A stretch of 64,000 nt of DNA, taken from Candidatus Spongiisociaceae bacterium. GTDB lineage: Bacteria > Actinomycetota > Acidimicrobiia > Spongiisociales > Spongiisociaceae. The stretch covers positions 2,703,371 to 2,767,370 of the forward strand of contig OZ251535.1 of NCBI GenBank assembly GCA_965243165.1, read 5' to 3'. Of this stretch, positions 58,418-64,000 are shown one piece after another (within the stretch, counting starts at the first letter, position 1; every line of letters starts with the position of its first letter). A program made the translations under genes and the position numbers. The notes under the pieces are model-generated. The model saw only the letters and a program-made list of their open reading frames with translations, searched no databases and was not told the origin of the DNA.

Positions 58418-59212
58418 ATGCGGCCTATCTGGAGCGGCGCCCTGTCTTTCGGCTTGGTGAACATCCCTGTCCACCTCTACCCGGCCACGTCCGACCGGCG
58501 GCCCAAGTTCCGGCAGCTCCGGCGCGAGGACCACAGCCCCATCCGCTACCGGAAGGTGGCCGAAGCCGACGGCGAGGAGGTCCCCCGGGAGGACATCGTG
58601 CGGGGCTACGAGTTCGACAAGAACCGCTACGTGGTGTTCACCAACGAGGAGATCGAGGCGGCCGGGCACCAGGGCGGACCCCGGATCGTGGACGTGATCC
58701 AGTTCGCGGACTCCGCCGAGATCGACCCGGTCTTCTACCGGTCATCCTATTACCTGTCGCCCGACTCCGCCGGACAGAAGGCCTACTCGATCCTGCAGCA
58801 GGCCTTGGCCGAGAAGGGCCGGGTGGGCATCGCCAAGGTGGCCCTCCGCTCCCGGATCCATCTGGCGGCCCTGCGCGCCCGCGACGGCCTGCTGATCCTC
58901 GAGACCATGTACTGGCCGGACGAGATCCGGCCGGCGCAGTTCGAACCCTTGGACGAGAACCTCGAGGTTCGGCCGCAGGAGGTGGCGATGGCGGAGATGG
59001 TGATCGACAACCTGACCGAGGGGTTCGATCCGGCCCGCTGGGTGGACTCCACCCGCACCTCCATCGAAGAGCTGGCCCGCCTCAAGATCGAAGGCGGAGA
59101 GATCGCGGCCCCGGAAACCCCCGAACCCACCAAGGTGGTAGACCTGCTCGAGGCGCTCAAGGCCTCGGTCGAGGCCACCAAAGCCCGGCCGGAGCGCCGC
59201 CAAGCCGTATAG
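58418..59212 (+). CDS. ku: Ku protein (NHEJ)
   Basis: MRPIWSGALSFGLVNIPVHLY, IRYRK, IVRGYE, YYLSPD, LETMYWPDEIR. Confidence 0.95.
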   Translation: MRPIWSGALSFGLVNIPVHLYPATSDRRPKFRQLRREDHSPIRYRKVAEADGEEVPREDIVRGYEFDKNRYVVFTNEEIEAAGHQGGPRIVDVIQFADSAEIDPVFYRSSYYLSPDSAGQKAYSILQQALAEKGRVGIAKVALRSRIHLAALRARDGLLILETMYWPDEIRPAQFEPLDENLEVRPQEVAMAEMVIDNLTEGFDPARWVDSTRTSIEELARLKIEGGEIAAPETPEPTKVVDLLEALKASVEATKARPERRQAV

Positions 59213-59238
59213 GAACAGGAAATCCGAGGAGGCGCATC

Positions 59239-59460
59239 TTGAAGGCAAGGATCGGCATCGCGGACACGGGCCGCGAGGTAGAGGTGGAGGTAGAGGACCA
59301 GAGCGATCTGGCCAAACGCTTGGAGACGGCCTACCGCAAGGGCGTTCCCATCCTGTGGTTCCGAAACACCAAGGGCCGGGACATCGGCATCCCGATCGGG
59401 CGGGTGGCGTTCGTCGAGATGCTCGACGAATCGGATCAGTCGGTGGGCTTCGCCCGCTGA
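59239..59460 (+). CDS. DUF3107-family protein
   Basis: gaggagg RBS and TTG start. RIGIADTGREVEVE...KGRDIGIPIGRVAFVE...VGF. Confidence 0.75.
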   Translation: MKARIGIADTGREVEVEVEDQSDLAKRLETAYRKGVPILWFRNTKGRDIGIPIGRVAFVEMLDESDQSVGFAR

Positions 59461-59494
59461 ACCCGCTCCGAAAGCCAGAGGCCGGACGGTCGGA

Positions 59495-59785
59495 TCAGAC
59501 GGCCGCCCGGCGCCGCTCGGCCAGCCAGCGCTTCCGCAGCCGGCGGCGTTCGTCCTCGGCGTAGCCGCCCCACACCCCGGCCTCCTGATTGGTCTGAAGG
59601 GCGTATTGGAGGCAGTCGTTCAGCGCGAAGCAGGAAGCGCAGATGCCCTTGGCTTCCTCGATCTGCTCGACGGCCAGCCCGGTGGTGCCGATGGGGAAGA
59701 AGAGACTCGGCTCGGAATCTCGGCAGGCGGCCGCCTCCCGCCAGTCGGGGGCGGCCGTCGTCTCGGTCTTGGTCATAGTCAGCAT
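59495..59785 (-). CDS. whiB: WhiB-family Fe-S transcriptional regulator (WhiB1-like)
   Basis: WREAAAC...LFFP...AKGICASC...CLQYAL...GVWGG..EDERR. Confidence 0.93.
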   Translation of the reverse strand: MLTMTKTETTAAPDWREAAACRDSEPSLFFPIGTTGLAVEQIEEAKGICASCFALNDCLQYALQTNQEAGVWGGYAEDERRRLRKRWLAERRRAAV

Positions 59786-59884
59786 GTTTACCTCTGTTCG
59801 CGGATAAGTGTCTCGGACTCGTTCTTGTCCGGCTGCGGGGTGCGGCCCGGACCGCGGTGAGAACCCGCCCGGGCCCGCCCTTTC

Positions 59885-59902
59885 TTGTGAATAAATTCAC
59901 AA
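59885..59902. promoter_or_regulatory. Palindromic operator TTGTGAA-TAAA-TTCACAA (CRP/GlxR or Rex box)
   Basis: Perfect inverted repeat matching both TGTGA-N6-TCACA and TTGTGAA-N4-TTCACAA, about 100 bp upstream of whiB. Confidence 0.75.
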
Positions 59903-60062
59903 ACCTCGTCAAATCAACGGGCGCCCGGGCCAGCAAACCGCAACGATAGCCGCCTCGGAGCGGGGGCGCAAGCGATTTATTTCACATAGTCCCGGAGGGC
60001 TTGTTCTAGATTCTTCCAACAAGGGTATTGATGAACAGCGATATTTGTGATACCTATACATC

Positions 60063-60959
60063 ATGAAAACAATACGAACCCTCATCTCATTGGTCCTCTT
60101 GACCTGCGCGGTCGGAGGAAGCGGATTTTTCCTGGCGAAGCTGCGGAGCGCGGCGCATCTGCCCGGACCGGGCGAGCTGCTGAGCGCCCCGCCGGAGGAA
60201 GCGGTCTACGGGGCGGTCTGGCTGCTGGCGGCGGCGGTCACCGCCTGGGTGGCGCTGACCAGCATCCTCTCGGTGTTCGCCTACGCAGCCCAGATACCGG
60301 CGGCCGTCCGGGCGGTGGAGTGGATGACCCTGCCCCCCATCCGCCGGTTGTCCCAGCGGGTCTCCGCCCTGATGCTGGCCGCCGCCGCCGGCCTGGCGAG
60401 CCCCGCCGCCGGCCTCCAGCTGCCCCCCGCCCCCTTCACATCAGGGCCGGTGGAGCGGGCCGCCGCGGGCGCCGAGTTGGCGGCGGAGCGCCCGGCGCCG
60501 CCCGGAGCGGCGGTCCCCATCCCTCTCCGCCCCGGCAGCCAGGACGCAGCCAGCCCCCAGGCGGCCGTTCACCGGGCCTCCGCCGCCGCCCCCGTCCCCC
60601 TGCGGGTGGGCGGCCAGCCCCCCGGCCATCACCGAACCGCCGCCAAGAACCCGCCGGCGCCGCACCGGGCGGCCCCCGCCGCTCCGATCCCCCTGCCGGC
60701 GGGGCGGGGAACCCTCCCGGCGGCGGACGCCGGCGGCTGCGAAGACAACCTCTACACGGTGCAGACCGGCGACAACATGTGGTCCATCGCCTCCGACTGC
60801 CTGACCGCCCGGGAGGGTAAGGCCCCGTCCGCCGACCGCATCGCCGAAGTATGGCGGCAGATGATCGATCTCAACCGAGGCCGGATCATCTCGGGCGACC
60901 CCGATCTGATCTTCCCCGGGGAGCAGCTGCTCGTGCCTCCGCCCGGCGAAGCCGGATGA
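60063..60959 (+). CDS. Membrane-anchored LysM-domain protein
   Basis: N-terminal TM segments, Pro/Ala linker, C-terminal YTVQTGDNMWSIA...N...DPDLIFPGEQL. Confidence 0.88.
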   Translation: MKTIRTLISLVLLTCAVGGSGFFLAKLRSAAHLPGPGELLSAPPEEAVYGAVWLLAAAVTAWVALTSILSVFAYAAQIPAAVRAVEWMTLPPIRRLSQRVSALMLAAAAGLASPAAGLQLPPAPFTSGPVERAAAGAELAAERPAPPGAAVPIPLRPGSQDAASPQAAVHRASAAAPVPLRVGGQPPGHHRTAAKNPPAPHRAAPAAPIPLPAGRGTLPAADAGGCEDNLYTVQTGDNMWSIASDCLTAREGKAPSADRIAEVWRQMIDLNRGRIISGDPDLIFPGEQLLVPPPGEAG

Positions 60960-60968
60960 CCCCGGCTC

Positions 60969-61373
60969 TCAGGCGGGGATGAAGCTGATGCGTACCGACC
61001 GGCGGCGGTTGTCGCGGTTGGTGTCCACCAGCACCACCGACTGCCAGGTTCCGAGGGCCATCGCCCCGTCGAGCACCGGGATGACCGCGCTGGGCGGCAC
61101 GAAGGCCGGGAGCACATGGTCGGCGCCGTGGCCTTCGGCGCCGTGCCGGTGGCGCCACCGGGAATCCCTGGGAAACAACCGGTCGAGGTGGTCGAGCAGA
61201 TCGCGGTCGGATCCGGCCCCGGTCTCGAAGATCGCCACCCCCGCCGTGGCATGGGGAACGAACACCGACACCAGCCCGTCGCCCCGGCCGCGCACGAACT
61301 CGGCCACCTGTCCGGTGATGTCGACCGCGGCGGAGGAACCCCCCGTCCGGATGTTCAGCACCTCGGTGTCCAC
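60969..61373 (-). CDS. YjbQ/UPF0047-family protein
   Basis: DIT, PHATAGV, HRHG...GADH, LGTWQSV. Confidence 0.9.
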   Translation of the reverse strand: MDTEVLNIRTGGSSAAVDITGQVAEFVRGRGDGLVSVFVPHATAGVAIFETGAGSDRDLLDHLDRLFPRDSRWRHRHGAEGHGADHVLPAFVPPSAVIPVLDGAMALGTWQSVVLVDTNRDNRRRSVRISFIPA

Positions 61374-61395
61374 CGCCGCACCCTCGGGCCGAGGC

Positions 61396-62367
61396 CTAGG
61401 CGTTGTCGCCCAAGAAGATGGACGAGACCGAGGTGTCCATGAAAATGGCCAGCAGCGCCTCGGCCAGGATGGGGGCGATCGAGAGCCGGGTCAGCTTGTC
61501 GAAGTCCTCGGCCTTGCCCCGGAGGGGAAGGGTGTCGGTCACCACCACCTCGTCGATGGGGGCTTCCTTCAGCCGCTCGACCGCCGGAGGCGAGAGGACC
61601 GGGTGGGTGGCGGCGGCGATCACGCTCTTGGCCCCCCGCTCCCGCAGCAGCCGGGCCGCGTCGGCGGCGGTGCCGGCGGTGTCGATGATGTCGTCCACGA
61701 TCACCGCATGGCGGTCGCGCACCTGCCCGACCACGGTGAGGGCTTGGGACCGGTTGTGGACGTCGGCCTCCCGGCGCTTGTGCACGAAGGCCACATAGGC
61801 GTCCAGGTAGCGGGCGTATTTCTCGGCCCGCTTCACACCGCCTGCGTCGGGGGAGACGATGGTGGCGGGGCCTTCCAGGCGGTCCGCCAGATAATCGGTG
61901 ATGATCGGCAGGGCGGTCAGGTGGTCGAAGGGGTTGGGGGAGAAGCCCTGTATCTGCCCGGTGTGGAGGTCGATGGAGACGATCCGGTCGGCGCCGGCCG
62001 CCAGGAACAGGTCGCTCATGAGGCGGGCGGAGATGGGCTCCCGCGGCAGCACCTTCTTGTCGGCCCGGGCGTACCCGAAGAAGGGCACCACCGCGGTGAT
62101 GCGGTGCGCCGAAGCCCGCTTCAGGGCGTCGATCAGGATCAGCTGTTCCATGATGTGGAAGTTGATCTCGGGGGCATGGCTCTGGATGACGAAGCAATCG
62201 ACGCCCCGCACCGACTCGGACGGGCGGGCGTACACCTCGGTGTCGGCGAAGCGCGACAGCTGCACATCGCCGAGCCGCACCCCCAGCTCCTCGGCCACGT
62301 CGCGGGCCAGCTCGGGGTTGGCCGATCCGCTGAAGAGTTTGAAGCGTTTGCGGTAGACGAGCTCCAT
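61396..62367 (-). CDS. prs: Ribose-phosphate pyrophosphokinase
   Basis: FSGSANPELA, ESVRG, PFFGYARADKK, DLHTGQIQGF, SPDAGG, VDDIIDTAGT. Confidence 0.97.
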   Translation of the reverse strand: MELVYRKRFKLFSGSANPELARDVAEELGVRLGDVQLSRFADTEVYARPSESVRGVDCFVIQSHAPEINFHIMEQLILIDALKRASAHRITAVVPFFGYARADKKVLPREPISARLMSDLFLAAGADRIVSIDLHTGQIQGFSPNPFDHLTALPIITDYLADRLEGPATIVSPDAGGVKRAEKYARYLDAYVAFVHKRREADVHNRSQALTVVGQVRDRHAVIVDDIIDTAGTAADAARLLRERGAKSVIAAATHPVLSPPAVERLKEAPIDEVVVTDTLPLRGKAEDFDKLTRLSIAPILAEALLAIFMDTSVSSIFLGDNA

Positions 62368-62369
62368 GC

Positions 62370-63758
62370 TCAGCCGGCCCCGCCTCGGCCGCGGCGGCGC
62401 GCCCGGCGCTCGGCGTAACCGGGGACCTCCCGCTGGTCGGACCGCTCCACCCCCAGCGCCCCCGCCGGCACGTCCCTGGTGATGGCCGAACCGGCGGCGG
62501 TGTAGGCGCCGTCCCCCACCTCGACGGGGGCGACCAGCACCGTGCTGCATCCGATCTGGGCGCCCCGGCCCACCTTGGTGCGGTGCTTGTCCTGCCAGTC
62601 GTAGTTGGCGGTGACCGCCCCGGCGCCGATGTTGGCCCCGTCGCCGATGTCCGCGTCCCCCACATAGGAGAGATGCGGCGCCTTGGCGCCCCGCCCCATC
62701 ACCGAGTTCTTGACCTCCACGAAGGTCCCGGCCTTGGAATCCCCGCCCAGCCGGGCGCCGGGCCGCAGGGAAGCGTAGGGCCCGACCTCGGCGCCGGCCC
62801 CGATGGAAGCCCCGCGCACCGCCGAATACCAAATCTTGGCCCCCTCCCCCACCTCGCTGTCCTCGAGGAAGACGTCCGGCCCGATCCGCGCTCCGGACCG
62901 CACCCTGGTGCTGCCTTCCAGGTACACCCCCGGGTACAGGCGCACCCCCGCCTCCAGCACCGCGCCGGCGTCTATGTAGACCCGGGCCGGGTCCAGCATC
63001 CACACCCCTTCCCTCATCCATGCTTCGTTGATGCGGGCCCGCATGATGGCGGCCGCCCCGGCCAGCTGATCCTGGGTGTTGACCCCCGACAGCTCCTCGG
63101 CGGTGGTGCGGAAAGCCGCGATGGAGTGCCCCTCCGCCCCCAGGATCGACACCGCGTCGGGGAGGTAGTACTCGCCTTGGGCGTTGTTCTGTTCCACATG
63201 GGCCAGCGCCTCGCGGATGTACTCTCCGTCGAACATGTAGGTGCCGCCGTTGATCTCCTGGATCTCCCGCTCGCTGGTGGTGCAGTCGGCGTGCTCGACG
63301 ATCCGCCGCACCCGGCCCCAGCCGTCCCGCACCACCCGTCCGTATCCGGTCGGATCGTCCATGGCGGCGGTAACGCAGGTGGCGGCCGCCCCGGTGGTGC
63401 GGTGGAGCCGGGCCATCCGCCCCAGGGTGTCGGTGGTGATGAGGGGCGTATCGGCCGGAACCACCAATATGTGGTCGTCCGCCTCCAGGGAAACCGATTC
63501 CAAAGCCACCTGCAGCGCATGGGCGGTGCCCAGCCGGCGCGCCTGCACGACCGGAGAGGCGTGGCCGGGCAGCATCGCCGCCACCCGCTCGGCGTCGGGC
63601 TTCACCACCACCACCGTCCGGACCGGTTCGAGCGGCGCCACCGCATCGAGCACCCATTGGATCATCGGCCGGCCGGCCACTTGATGGAGCACCTTGGGGC
63701 AGTCCGACTTCATCCGCGAGCCCTCCCCCGCGCCCAGCACGACGGCTGTCAAGGCCAT
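62370..63758 (-). CDS. glmU: Bifunctional UDP-GlcNAc pyrophosphorylase / glucosamine-1-P acetyltransferase
   Basis: LGAGEGSRMKS..PKVLH, QARRLGTAHA, DPTGYGRV, NAQGEYYLPD, hexapeptide repeats, HLSYVGDA. Confidence 0.96.
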   Translation of the reverse strand: MALTAVVLGAGEGSRMKSDCPKVLHQVAGRPMIQWVLDAVAPLEPVRTVVVVKPDAERVAAMLPGHASPVVQARRLGTAHALQVALESVSLEADDHILVVPADTPLITTDTLGRMARLHRTTGAAATCVTAAMDDPTGYGRVVRDGWGRVRRIVEHADCTTSEREIQEINGGTYMFDGEYIREALAHVEQNNAQGEYYLPDAVSILGAEGHSIAAFRTTAEELSGVNTQDQLAGAAAIMRARINEAWMREGVWMLDPARVYIDAGAVLEAGVRLYPGVYLEGSTRVRSGARIGPDVFLEDSEVGEGAKIWYSAVRGASIGAGAEVGPYASLRPGARLGGDSKAGTFVEVKNSVMGRGAKAPHLSYVGDADIGDGANIGAGAVTANYDWQDKHRTKVGRGAQIGCSTVLVAPVEVGDGAYTAAGSAITRDVPAGALGVERSDQREVPGYAERRARRRGRGGAG

Positions 63759-63777
63759 GCAAACCCTCCTTACTCAG

Positions 63778-63849
63778 CTGGGGGGACAGGACTCGAACCC
63801 GTACCTGCGGGACCAAAACCCGCGGTGCTGCCATTTACACCACCCCCCA
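63778..63849 (-). tRNA. tRNA-Gln(TTG), CCA not encoded
   Basis: TGGGGGGTGGTGTAAATGGCAGCACCGCGGGTTTTGGTCCCGCAGGTACGGGTTCGAGTCCTGTCCCCCCAG, in the canonical position upstream of glmU. Confidence 0.97.
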
Positions 63850-64000
63850 CCGCACATCCGGGCCATTTTACCCTGATTTTTCATATCCCCGATTATTCCT
63901 GCCCCGGCTGTACGCCTTCCAGGTGCGCCCCCCGGTCCGAGGACGGGGCGGCGAACGCCGAGCGGGCCTCCGGCGGCGCCAGGGCCAGCGCTTCCCGCGC

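Noticed and set aside
968-63834. Many long alternative-frame or antisense ORFs in the track (e.g. 968-2737, 11630-13579, 16540-18597, 34962-36521, 53833-56820)
   Set aside because: They are Arg/Gly/Pro-rich shadows of well-supported genes, expected in high-GC DNA. The open frames through the dispersed repeat are discounted for the same reason, and copy B has a stop.

Overview
64 kb of chromosome from a high-GC actinobacterium. WhiB, DUF3107, GuaB3, the lysA-hom-thrC-rho-rpmE-prfA block and tRNA-Gln-glmU-prs support this. SLH-anchored LRR proteins and DUF222-HNH suggest Acidimicrobiia, possibly host- or sponge-associated (inference). Core genes: Opp/Dpp ABC transporter, pcrA, guaA/guaB3, trpS, cimA, hisN, infA, prfA, rpmE2, rho, thrC, hom, lysA, ku, whiB, prs, glmU, tRNA-Arg(CCG) and tRNA-Gln(TTG). 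Accessory material is interleaved: two secreted LRR-SLH surface proteins with actively duplicating repeats, a small-molecule catabolic cluster, an AT-richer YprA/DUF1998 helicase broken by one in-frame TGA, a type III-like R-M pair, a SalI/XamI-like type II R-M pair, TA remnants, Xis-like HTH genes and a dispersed ~350-bp intergenic repeat. Most notable: (1) a self-contained unit of palindrome, extended -10 promoter, upstream ORF, 8.4 x 28-bp hairpin array and NYN ribonuclease gene, architecturally reminiscent of type III toxin-antitoxin loci; (2) an Ile-rich leader-peptide attenuator upstream of citramalate synthase. All calls come from reading the sequence; no database searches were run.
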